DNA of 64,000 nucleotides from positions 370 to 64,369 of the forward strand of contig WVZL01000003.1 of NCBI GenBank assembly GCA_011772495.1. The letters run 5' to 3'. This DNA comes from Candidatus Aminicenantes bacterium. GTDB taxonomy: Bacteria; Acidobacteriota; Aminicenantia; Aminicenantales; Aminicenantaceae. Below, in pieces: positions 47,819 to 56,950 of this stretch. A model generated the notes under the pieces. That model had not been told where the DNA came from and did no database searches. It worked only from the letters and a program-made list of their open reading frames with translations. Position 1 is the first letter of the stretch. Every line of letters starts with the position of its first letter. Both the position numbers and the translations under genes were made by a program.

Positions 47819-49207
47819 CTATGTATTGGGTTCTTGTATTAGGTAATAGGGCTGAGATGGTGGAGGAGCCGATTCTTCGCTTTTAGGCCCTACGACAACC
47901 TCCACTCCTTTCTCTGGACTGAGAATTTCTTTGATAAAGACATTTATTTCTTCCAGGCTCACCGCATCGACCTCAGCAAAAAATCGATCAAAAAAACCAT
48001 AACCAAGACCTAGAGCTTCAAAATCAGCAAGAGTCGATACCCTGGCTTCTTTTGTTTCATTCAGACGCAGGAAATTCGCTCGGGAGCCGATTTTAGTTGC
48101 CTGGAGTTCTTCTTCTGACATCCCATTTTCGTTGAGGAGCCGGAGAACTTGTTTTAAAGACTCTAGGGCTTTTTGTTTGTTTTCGTTCTTTGTTTCTAGA
48201 TAAGCCCTTATAATCCCTCCTCCCCTCAAATAGATGACTTGAGAATTGACATTGTAGGCAAGCCTTTCCTTTGCCCTTATAGACCAGAGTTTTGAGTCGA
48301 CTCCCTTTCCCAGTAGATTTTCAGTCATAAAGGCTAGGACGAAATTCTTGGCTGTGAGCTCGGGAAGAGGAAATGCCATGGAGACTAGAGTTTGTTTCGT
48401 ATCTTTTTCAAGAGAGAGCTGCCTTTCTTCAGGAAGTGCAGGCCCAGCAGGCTTGGAGGCTTCCCATTTGTTCTGAGGGAACTTGCCGAAGTAACGTTGA
48501 ATCATCTCGATCAATAGCTTTTCTTCTAGATCAGATGAAACAGCGACAATCATGTTATTAGCTGCAAAATGGTTTTCGTAAAAGCCTTCAATATCCTTCT
48601 TTTTTATGGTCTTCAAGGATTCTTCTGTGCCAAAGATAGCGCCGCCATAAGCACTATCTCCAAAGAAGGATTGCAGATGGGCATTCTTCCCTACGATGAT
48701 AGGGTCATCCTCTTCTGATTTACTGATATGGATCATGTATTCCTTGATTCTGCTTATTCTTATTCCAGAAAAAAGAGGTTTTTGGATGATAGGAGCCATG
48801 ACTTTTAGAGACTCTTCCAGATTCTCGGTTAAGCATTTCAAGTTGATTAGAGAATAATCTCCAAAACAACGCATGGAAATCCTGGTAGCCTGTTTCATCA
48901 TCTCGCGTATCTTGCCTCGGTCAGGAATTTCGACTGTCATTCGAGTGGCCAGGTAGGCCAATCCTTCCTTGCCTTCAGGAACAGCGCCTGTTCCCCCCTT
49001 TACAAGAACCTGGAGAAACGTGGTGGGGAAGGCTTTATCAATTTCATAGATCAAGTAAAGCCCGTTGGATAATTTTGTTTTTTGGAGAGTGGGTTTCTCA
49101 ACAGGTGTTTCCTGACTAAGAACATTCGGCAGGTGAATGGTCAGCAGAAAAGCGAGTCCTAGTCCAGGTTTTAAAAACTTTTTGAAAGTGCTTATTCTCA
49201 AATTCAT
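47819..49207 (-). CDS. M16 family peptidase-like protein, non-catalytic partner (no HxxEH)
   Basis: 462 aa with a signal peptide and an insulinase-fold pattern. GLAYLATRM stands where HxxEH would be. Its start overlaps the upstream M16 gene stop by 4 nt. Confidence 0.7.
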   Translation of the reverse strand: MNLRISTFKKFLKPGLGLAFLLTIHLPNVLSQETPVEKPTLQKTKLSNGLYLIYEIDKAFPTTFLQVLVKGGTGAVPEGKEGLAYLATRMTVEIPDRGKIREMMKQATRISMRCFGDYSLINLKCLTENLEESLKVMAPIIQKPLFSGIRISRIKEYMIHISKSEEDDPIIVGKNAHLQSFFGDSAYGGAIFGTEESLKTIKKKDIEGFYENHFAANNMIVAVSSDLEEKLLIEMIQRYFGKFPQNKWEASKPAGPALPEERQLSLEKDTKQTLVSMAFPLPELTAKNFVLAFMTENLLGKGVDSKLWSIRAKERLAYNVNSQVIYLRGGGIIRAYLETKNENKQKALESLKQVLRLLNENGMSEEELQATKIGSRANFLRLNETKEARVSTLADFEALGLGYGFFDRFFAEVDAVSLEEINVFIKEILSPEKGVEVVVGPKSEESAPPPSQPYYLIQEPNT

Positions 49208-50610
49208 GTTTTGTTTTTCTTTTTGGGAACTATAGAGACGATGACATATTTTCCTGTGCCGAGATAGTCGGCGGCCGCTTTCCTTAAATCCGTTGAGCTC
49301 AACTCCTCGATGTTTTTGAGAAAGCCTCCTCTGTCTGGGCCTTCAGACAAAAGCACGTATCGAGCCAGCATGTTGGCCACAGCCAGAGCTTTTTCTCTTC
49401 CCTGAAAAAAGTCAAATTTAATTTGATTCTTGGCGCACACCAGGTAATCCAAGATATACATGCGTTCAGCCGGCATGAAATCATCCTCGGAAAAACGCTC
49501 GTTTCTTACTCTTTTCAAAAACCTGATGGCCTCATTCCTGGCTGCTTTCAGATTCTTGGGGTCTAGAATGATGTAGATCAGGATCGCCCCTCCATATTTT
49601 TGAGGTAGATAAGTCATGGAAGCATTATGGACCAGGCCTCTTCTTCCTCTAAGAGCAGAGCCCAGCATGGGATTGAAACCTCGGCCAATAATCTGGACTA
49701 AAAGGTCAACTTGATACTGGTCAGGATGGTTGTAATCAGGCCCGGGCATTCCTATCACTAAATAGGCTTGTTCAACATCCATTTCCTCTTCGATTTCGAC
49801 GGTTTTCTTAAGAGGAGTTGCTTTCTTGAATTCTAAGGGCGTGAGCTCTTCTTTTTTTAAATCTCCCAAGATATTTTTCACTCGGTTTTCCATTTCATCG
49901 ATGTCAAAGTCCCCAACCACAGCAAAAGCACAGTTGGAGGGAACAAAGAATTTGCGGTAGAATTCTTCCAACTGATCTACGGTAACCTTTTCAAGGACTT
50001 CTTTCCTTCCGATAATCGGGGTTTGATAAGCGTGGCCTTGATAAAGATTCTGGAAAACTAAGGAAGCGCCATATCTTAAAGGATCATCCTTAATCTGAGC
50101 TATTTCTTCGAGGATGACCTTTTTTTCTTTATCAATCTCTTCCTGGGTAAGCTTCAAGTTAAACAGAATCTCTTTCTGGTTCTGGAAAGCAAAATCTGCG
50201 TGTTCAGAGGGAAGGGAAATGTCAAAAGTGATCAAGTCGCGGTCCGTATGGGCATTGAAATAAGCTCCGTGCCTTCTTATATCCTTACCGATCTCTTCGC
50301 CGCTGCGGAATTCAGTGCCTCCAAAAAGAATAGAATGTTCTAGAAGATGAACCAGCCCGTTTGTTTCCTCTGCTTCATCTTTAGAGCCGAGATTGACGGC
50401 GGCTGTTATGTTCAATAGGGGAAGAATATGTCTTTCGTAAAGGTAGATCTTAAGGCCGTTATCCAGCTCGAAAAATTTGCTTTTTTCTTTTTGTTGAGCA
50501 AACGAAAAGACGGTCAAAGAGAGACAAAGGATAACAACAATAGGTTTGCATTTCCTAACAGCATTGAGCAGCATAGTCATCATCTTAATCGATAGTCTTA
50601 TTTTTATCAA
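49204..50610 (-). CDS. M16 family zinc peptidase (insulinase/pitrilysin type), catalytic subunit
   Basis: It has the GLVHLLEHSILFGGTE (HxxEH) motif. The track start at 50610 is a TTG, and an internal ATG at ~50583 is an equally plausible start. Confidence 0.8.
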   Translation of the reverse strand: MIKIRLSIKMMTMLLNAVRKCKPIVVILCLSLTVFSFAQQKEKSKFFELDNGLKIYLYERHILPLLNITAAVNLGSKDEAEETNGLVHLLEHSILFGGTEFRSGEEIGKDIRRHGAYFNAHTDRDLITFDISLPSEHADFAFQNQKEILFNLKLTQEEIDKEKKVILEEIAQIKDDPLRYGASLVFQNLYQGHAYQTPIIGRKEVLEKVTVDQLEEFYRKFFVPSNCAFAVVGDFDIDEMENRVKNILGDLKKEELTPLEFKKATPLKKTVEIEEEMDVEQAYLVIGMPGPDYNHPDQYQVDLLVQIIGRGFNPMLGSALRGRRGLVHNASMTYLPQKYGGAILIYIILDPKNLKAARNEAIRFLKRVRNERFSEDDFMPAERMYILDYLVCAKNQIKFDFFQGREKALAVANMLARYVLLSEGPDRGGFLKNIEELSSTDLRKAAADYLGTGKYVIVSIVPKKKNKT

Positions 50611-50775
50611 ATCGTAACAGCAAGTTATGGGCCAGAATGGACTTTTTCTATCTTATTGATTGTAAATAAGATAATCTTTACAGGAGGTTTGGGCGAGGAA
50701 AGTTATTTTACAAATTAAAATTTATTTACATTCTTGAAAAGATGCCGTGTCTGGCTTGTTCAGGAAAAGCAGGAT

Positions 50776-51756
50776 TTATAAAAAGGTGCTTTCGAATAAG
50801 CCTATGGCTTGATTGTCCCCCAGAACTAAAAGAGTATCGCCGGTTTCAATTTTTAGACCAGGAGGAGGATTGAAAACGAGCTCTTCTCCTGGCTTTTTTA
50901 GAGCCACCACAATGACATTGGCCTTTCTTCTTATATTGCACTCATTAAGGCTGCGGTTAGTGACAGGGGATTCTTTTTTTACAACAAATTCTTCCATGGA
51001 TAAGGCTATCTCTTTCCGCCTGATGATAAGATCCACAAAATCGACTAGAGTGGGGCGAATCAAGCCCTGGGCAATTTTCAAGCCGGTTAGTTTGTACGGG
51101 CTGACAACTCTATTGGCTCCTATCTGGAGAATCTTCCTCTCTCCCTCTTCATCTATGGCTTTGGAGAGGATGAAAATGGAGGGATTGATCAGTCTGACTG
51201 TCAGGACTAAATAGAGGTTATCGGCGTCGTCGGGAAGAAGAGCTGCCAGGCCCTTGGCTTTTTTAATTCCAGCCTTGATCAAGACCTCTTCAGAGGTAGC
51301 ATCTCCTTCGATGAAAAGACATGTTTTGGCCTCTTTAAGCTCTTCTAGTTTTTCTTCTCGGTTATCGATAATGATAAAAGGAGTTTTTTCTTCTTCCAGC
51401 CTCTCTCTAACGACTCTCCCCATCCGGCCGTGTCCGCAGATTATATAGTGATCTTTGAGGTTTTGAAGTTTTCTTTCCATTCTTTTTCTCCGTAAGAATT
51501 TACGAATTCCTCCCTCATAGAAGGCCTCAGCGAGTTTAGTAAATGCATAGATCGCAGTTCCCACACCACTAAGGATCACGAAAATAGTAAATATTTGACC
51601 TTGAGGAGAGAGTTCTTTGACTTCTCCAAAGCCAACTGTGAAAATGGTTATGATTGTCATGTAAAGACAATCCAGGAGTGACCAACCTTCTATGATTCGG
51701 AAACCCAAGGTACTGATGAGAATCACCAGCAATATGAGCCAAAATATTCTCCACAT
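50776..51756 (-). CDS. two-TM potassium channel with RCK (TrkA-N/TrkA-C) domains
   Basis: It has the pore signature TVGFGE and the Rossmann motif ICGHGRMG. I prefer the ATG (MWRIFWL) at 51756 over the TTG at 51795. Confidence 0.8.
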   Translation of the reverse strand: MWRIFWLILLVILISTLGFRIIEGWSLLDCLYMTIITIFTVGFGEVKELSPQGQIFTIFVILSGVGTAIYAFTKLAEAFYEGGIRKFLRRKRMERKLQNLKDHYIICGHGRMGRVVRERLEEEKTPFIIIDNREEKLEELKEAKTCLFIEGDATSEEVLIKAGIKKAKGLAALLPDDADNLYLVLTVRLINPSIFILSKAIDEEGERKILQIGANRVVSPYKLTGLKIAQGLIRPTLVDFVDLIIRRKEIALSMEEFVVKKESPVTNRSLNECNIRRKANVIVVALKKPGEELVFNPPPGLKIETGDTLLVLGDNQAIGLFESTFL

Positions 51757-51875
51757 TTTCGGGTAAATCTTACAACAATGATAAGAATGAGGCAAGAAAA
51801 TAGAGGTGCTTATAGCGAACAGGAAGTTTTGCCGAATGTTGAGGACTATGCTAAAATTTAAACGAGATAAAGAAA

Positions 51876-53333
51876 ATGAGTAATAATCCTAAGGACAAAA
51901 TCTTGGTTGTGGATGATGAAGAAAACATCCGCAAATCCCTGAAGATGATTTTGGAATATGAAGGTTTCGATTTCTTGGAAGCCGTGGATGGAGAGGAAGC
52001 CCTGGACATTGTCGAAGAGACTGTCGGCTTGGATTTAGTCCTGCTGGACATCAAGCTGCCCGGAAAGGATGGGCTGGAAATACTTCAGGAGATGAAAAAA
52101 AGACCGTATTGCCCTGAGGTGATCATGATATCTGGTCATGGGACGATTCAAACTGCTGTTGAAGCCACAAAATTCGGAGCTTTTGATTTTTTGGAAAAGC
52201 CTCTCCATAGAGAAAGAGTTTTGCTCAGTATTCGGAATGCTTTAAGCCAGAGTGAGCTCCGGAGAGAGTGTTTGGATTTAAGAAAAAAAACAGAAAAGAA
52301 ATACGAGCTAGTCGGAAATCATCCGCAGATGAAAAAGCTCTGGAAAGATATACTCAAGACAGCACCCACCAATGCAACAATTCTTATATCCGGTGAAAGC
52401 GGCACTGGCAAAGAACTCATAGCCCGAGCCATTCACGCTCACAGCCGGCGAGCCAAGGAGCAATTCATCCAGGTGAACTGTGCCGCCATTCCTGAAGAGT
52501 TGATCGAGAGTGAGCTTTTTGGGCATGAGAAAGGCGCTTTTACAGGAGCAACAGAAAGGAAAACAGGAAAATTCGAACAGGCTGATAAAGGGACAATTTT
52601 TCTAGATGAAATAGGGGATATGAGCCTGAAGACCCAATCCAAGGTTTTACGCGTTCTTGAGGAAGGTGAGGTGCAGAGAGTCGGCTCGAGCAAAGTCGGC
52701 AAGGTCGATGTCAGGGTGATTGCGGCCACCAATAAGGACTTGCCCAAAGAAATTAAAGAAGGAACTTTCCGGGATGACCTTTACTTCCGGTTGAATGTTG
52801 TTCCCCTTTATTCCCCTCCCTTGAGGGAGAAGAAAGAAGATATACCTCTTCTGGTGGCATATTTTTGCCGAACGTTCGCAGAAGAAAATAACTTTAAAGT
52901 CAAAAAATTTACAGATGATGCCGTAGAAGCCATGGTGAAATACCCCTGGAAGGGAAACGTCAGGGAGCTGAAGAATGTGGTGGAAAGGCTGATCATCATG
53001 ACAGAGTCAGATGCTATTGAAAGAAAAGATCTACCTGAGAAGGTCAGAGGAGATGTGCAGATTTATCTTCCAGAAGCGGATAAAATTAAAAACTTGAAAG
53101 AATTCAGGGACTTATCCGAAAAGAATTTTATCCTGGCCAAGCTGGAAGAGAACAATTGGAATATTTCTCAAACGGCTAGAGCCATTGACACTCCGCGAAG
53201 TAATCTGTACAAAAAATTAGAGCAATATGGTATAAAGATAACGGCTGGAGTAGGCGAGGTGGTTGCTCCTCCTTCGCGTAAGGCGAAGAGAGGGGAGGAA
53301 AGTCCGAACTCCAAAGGGCGGGATGGTCGCTAA
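51876..53333 (+). CDS. sigma-54-dependent response regulator (NtrC family)
   Basis: 485 aa with a canonical receiver (VVDDEE, LLDIKLPG, FLEKP), GESGTGKE, GAFTGA and a Fis HTH. The last ~30 codons run into rnpB. Confidence 0.9.
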   Translation: MSNNPKDKILVVDDEENIRKSLKMILEYEGFDFLEAVDGEEALDIVEETVGLDLVLLDIKLPGKDGLEILQEMKKRPYCPEVIMISGHGTIQTAVEATKFGAFDFLEKPLHRERVLLSIRNALSQSELRRECLDLRKKTEKKYELVGNHPQMKKLWKDILKTAPTNATILISGESGTGKELIARAIHAHSRRAKEQFIQVNCAAIPEELIESELFGHEKGAFTGATERKTGKFEQADKGTIFLDEIGDMSLKTQSKVLRVLEEGEVQRVGSSKVGKVDVRVIAATNKDLPKEIKEGTFRDDLYFRLNVVPLYSPPLREKKEDIPLLVAYFCRTFAEENNFKVKKFTDDAVEAMVKYPWKGNVRELKNVVERLIIMTESDAIERKDLPEKVRGDVQIYLPEADKIKNLKEFRDLSEKNFILAKLEENNWNISQTARAIDTPRSNLYKKLEQYGIKITAGVGEVVAPPSRKAKRGEESPNSKGRDGR

Positions 53334-53632
53334 CGGCGACTCCGAGCGATCGGAGGAAAGTGCCACAGAAAACAACCGCCCCGTTGGGTAGCTTGCCTAT
53401 CTCCCGGGGTAAGGGTGAAAAGGTGAGGTAAGAGCTCACCGTCTTGATGGTGACATCAAGAGCTCGGTAAACCCCATCCGGAGCAAGACCGAATATGCCC
53501 CGTTTTGGGATGGCCCGTCCCAGGGGGCGGGTAGGTCGCTATGCTCCTCTCTGAGAGGCTAGATAAATAACCACCCCTGCCGGCTCATCAGGCTGAACAG
53601 GGACAGAATTCGGCTTACGACCTGCTCCAGCC
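53243..53632 (+). ncRNA. rnpB: RNase P RNA, bacterial type A
   Basis: It has the conserved blocks GGAGGAAAGTCCGAAC (P4 5'), ACAGAAAACAACCGCC, GGTAAGGGTGAAAAGGTGAGGTAAGAGCTCACC and ACAGAATTCGGCTTAC (P4 3'). P1 pairs GGCTGGAGTAGG with CCTGCTCCAGCC. P2 pairs GAGGTGGTT with AACCACC. Confidence 0.9.
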
Positions 53633-53634
53633 AT

Positions 53635-53940
53635 CTTTTATGGGGTCGGGCCAAGCTATCTATTTTATTTTTAATAAGATAGGTTAAAATCAGACCTGTT
53701 TTAAGCTCTTAAATCCCTTTTTTTGGGGGCAAAATTAGCACTCTAAGCGCTTTTATATTCAAAAGGTTACTCTTTTCTTGTTTCATAAATTTTATCCTCT
53801 TTTAGCTTCCCGGGCCATTTCATTTTCCTTAGAAGGCCAATTTTACCCCCAAAAATGCAGTTCTAAGGCTAAAATTGGCAGGAATTTTAAGGTTAAATAC
53901 TTGAAGATAAATTAATTAGCTTGGCCCGACCCCTTAAAAG
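53635..53940. repeat. ~300-bp nested imperfect palindrome (MITE-like element or long structured RNA)
   Basis: The outer arms are CTTTTA-T-GGGGTCGGGCCAAGCTA (53635-53658) and TAGCTTGGCCCGACCCC-T-TAAAAG (53917-53940), 23 of 24 complementary. The inner arms are TTTTTGGGGGCAAAATT (53720-53736) and AATTTTACCCCCAAAAA (53839-53855). The segments between them are also partly complementary. Confidence 0.7.
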
Positions 53941-55367
53941 GGGAGGGCGTTGATGGCTTCTCTGATGATGAGGAGAATGTTACCCGGGAAAATTCCCAGC
54001 TGAAGAACGCCATAAAGACAAAGGAAAATGACCAGAAAGAGAGCTGGGTTTTCTAGGTGTATGGCGATTTCCCTGGAAGGTTCTCGCATGTACATGTAAA
54101 CAACGATTCTCAAGTAATAAAAAACAGAAATAAGGCTGGCTAACACTCCGATGATAACCAGAGGAACGAGCCCCTCTCTCACGGCAGCACTAAAGACATA
54201 GAATTTGGCTAAAAATCCAGCTGTAGGTGGAAATCCTGCCAGAGAAAGGAGGAAGATCGTGAAAGTGGCTCCGATCCAGGGATACTTGAAGCCCACTCCA
54301 GCATAGTCATCCAATTCCAGGTATTCTTTACCCTTCTTACTCAAAGCGATAACAGCCGCAAAGGCTCCGAGGTTCATGAAAAGATAAGCAGCAAGATAGA
54401 ACAAGAGGCTGGAGCCATCTCTGGCCAGGATAGCTACCATAAGATAACCAGCATGGGCAATGCTGGAATATGCTAGAATTCTTTTCAGGTTCGTCTGGCG
54501 CAGGGCAATAAGATTTCCCACCAGCATGGTTAAGACACTGATGATCCACAAGAGCCAGAAGATGGCCTGAGATTCTGGAGTTATTCTCCAGTAATAAAGG
54601 AAAATCCTTAAAAGCACGGCAAAGCCCACCGCTTTGGGCCCTATGGAAAAGAAGGCGGTGATAGGAGTGGGAGCTCCTTCGTAGACATCGGGAGTCCACA
54701 TGTGGAAAGGAACTACTGCAATTTTAAAGCCAAACCCGATAATCACCAGACCCAACCCGATAGTGGCCATCAAGCTCAGCTCTGGAGATGATCTGAAATA
54801 ATCAAGGATGCCGGAGATATCGGTTGAATGGGAGGCGCCGTAGAGAAGGGCTAAGCCATAGACAAAAAATCCGCTGGCAAAACTTCCTAAGAGAAAATAC
54901 TTGATAGCTGCTTCAGATGATTTTTTATCCTTCCTTTTCAATCCGGCCAAGGCATAACTCGAGATAGAGAGAACTTCTAAGCCCAGAAAGATGATCACCA
55001 GGCTCGAGGAAGAGACCATGATCATCATTCCTGATAGGGCAAAGAGGAGCAGAGCGTAAAACTCGCCATGATTGGCATCTTGAAGGGAGATGTACTTCAT
55101 AGAGAGCAGAATGACGAACGAGACAGCAACAGCAAAGATAAAAAAGAAGAATAGAGAGAGTTTATCCAAAACCAAACTTCCTTTGAAGTAAGAGAATTCT
55201 TCGTTCCAGAACCTGAAATAAAGGATGGCACAAACAATCAGGAAGAAGAGGGAAATAAAACCTAGATAGTTCTTGTTTTCCTTCTTAAGGAAGACTTCCA
55301 GGAGCAGGACAAGAAGAGAAGCTATGACAATGATCACTAAGGGCAGAAGGGCGAACAGGCTGTTCAT
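53934..55367 (-). CDS. nuoN: NADH-quinone oxidoreductase subunit N
   Basis: 477 aa with ~14 TM helices. It is an antiporter-like subunit in the last position of the J-K-L-M-N order. Confidence 0.9.
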   Translation of the reverse strand: MNSLFALLPLVIIVIASLLVLLLEVFLKKENKNYLGFISLFFLIVCAILYFRFWNEEFSYFKGSLVLDKLSLFFFFIFAVAVSFVILLSMKYISLQDANHGEFYALLLFALSGMMIMVSSSSLVIIFLGLEVLSISSYALAGLKRKDKKSSEAAIKYFLLGSFASGFFVYGLALLYGASHSTDISGILDYFRSSPELSLMATIGLGLVIIGFGFKIAVVPFHMWTPDVYEGAPTPITAFFSIGPKAVGFAVLLRIFLYYWRITPESQAIFWLLWIISVLTMLVGNLIALRQTNLKRILAYSSIAHAGYLMVAILARDGSSLLFYLAAYLFMNLGAFAAVIALSKKGKEYLELDDYAGVGFKYPWIGATFTIFLLSLAGFPPTAGFLAKFYVFSAAVREGLVPLVIIGVLASLISVFYYLRIVVYMYMREPSREIAIHLENPALFLVIFLCLYGVLQLGIFPGNILLIIREAINALPF

Positions 55368-56947
55368 TTGGCTTCTTCTTCCATTTCCTTATTTTTTTCG
55401 GTATTGATCAGATTATTGACCTCGGTCAAGGCCTTTTTGTCCTCTTCAGCCTGGATAAAAATTCTTTCTTTCCTGTTCACTTTATTGAGGAGGTCAGAGA
55501 CCGAATGATCCATTCGTTTAAGAAAAGGTCGGGGGTAGATTCCCATCCAGAACATCATGATCACGATAGGGACAAGATAGGAAATTTCCCGTTTATTGAT
55601 ATCGGTGAAAGAATAGATTTTTTCGTTTTTTATGGGCCCCTGCATCACGCGCTGGAACATCCATAGCAGATAGGCCGCAGCTAAGATAACTGTGGAGATC
55701 CCGAGTATGGCCAGAAGCTTACTGGTTTTAAAGATGCCGAAGATGCAGAGGATTTCCCCTATAAAACCGTTCAGCCCGGGCAGCCCGATCGAGGAGAGCA
55801 TACAGATGAGAAAAAAAGCAGAGAAAACAGGCATCTGACTGCTTACTCCTCCAAAATCTTTTATTTGGCGGGTATGAGCCCTTTCGTACAATATGCCGAC
55901 TATCAAGAACAAAGCACCAGTGCTCAATCCATGGTTAAGCATCTGATAAATAGCTCCCTCGATCGCTTCGATGTTCAACGAGAAAATGGCCAGCATGATG
56001 AGTCCCATATGACTTACACTAGAATAAGCCACTAGGGATTTGATATCCTTCTGGATTAAGGCCATCAAACCACCGTAGATAATGCCGATAAGACTCAGCA
56101 CGGCTAGAACCGGAAGCAGTTTCATAACCGCATCCGGAAACAGGGGAAGGCCAAAGCGGAGGAATCCATAAGCACCCATCTTCAAGAGGATGGCCGCTAG
56201 GATGACTGATCCAGCGGTAGGGGCTTCCACATGAGCATCTGGCAGCCAGGTGTGTAAGGGAAACATGGGCACTTTTATAGCAAAGGAAAGAGCAAAAGCC
56301 AGGAAAAGCCAGAGCTGGAGGTTGGGATTGAGAATGAGCTTGGAGAGGTCGAAGATGTTAAAGGAATAAACTCCTGTGGCTTTATAATAGGTAGAGTAGA
56401 GAACAAAAATCGCCACCAGCATCAACAGGCTTCCCAGCATCGTGAACAGGACGTATTTTAGAGTCGCGTAGATCCGACGCGGGCCTCCCCAGACTCCGAT
56501 GAGAAAGTACATGGGAATCAGGGTGACTTCCCAAAAGACATAAAACAGAAAAAGATTGAACGAGACAAAGACTCCGATGATCCCTGTCTCCAGGATGAGC
56601 ATAAAGATCATGTATTCTTTGACTTTCTTCTGGATATAATTCCAGGAAGAGAGGATGGCAATGGGCATCAAGAAAGTGGTCAGGAGCACTAGAAACAGGC
56701 TGAGGCCGTCTATTCCTATATGGTAATTTATGCCATACCCGATCCAAGGTCCCTTTTCTACGAATTGAGTTTCTGCGGTTTGAGGGTTGAAGTGGATATA
56801 GAGGAAAAGGGAGAGGACAAAATTAATGAGGGTAAACGCGAGAGCGAGGGAACGCAGGAAATTTTTCCTGTCACGATGAACAAAAATTAGGAAGACGGCT
56901 CCTGCTAGGGGGAGGAAAGTCACTACGCTTAATATCGGAAAATTCAT
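55364..56947 (-). CDS. nuoM: NADH-quinone oxidoreductase subunit M
   Basis: 527 aa, an antiporter-like subunit (WLPDAHVEAPTAGSVILA). Confidence 0.9.
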   Translation of the reverse strand: MNFPILSVVTFLPLAGAVFLIFVHRDRKNFLRSLALAFTLINFVLSLFLYIHFNPQTAETQFVEKGPWIGYGINYHIGIDGLSLFLVLLTTFLMPIAILSSWNYIQKKVKEYMIFMLILETGIIGVFVSFNLFLFYVFWEVTLIPMYFLIGVWGGPRRIYATLKYVLFTMLGSLLMLVAIFVLYSTYYKATGVYSFNIFDLSKLILNPNLQLWLFLAFALSFAIKVPMFPLHTWLPDAHVEAPTAGSVILAAILLKMGAYGFLRFGLPLFPDAVMKLLPVLAVLSLIGIIYGGLMALIQKDIKSLVAYSSVSHMGLIMLAIFSLNIEAIEGAIYQMLNHGLSTGALFLIVGILYERAHTRQIKDFGGVSSQMPVFSAFFLICMLSSIGLPGLNGFIGEILCIFGIFKTSKLLAILGISTVILAAAYLLWMFQRVMQGPIKNEKIYSFTDINKREISYLVPIVIMMFWMGIYPRPFLKRMDHSVSDLLNKVNRKERIFIQAEEDKKALTEVNNLINTEKNKEMEEEAK

Positions 56948-56950
56948 TTT

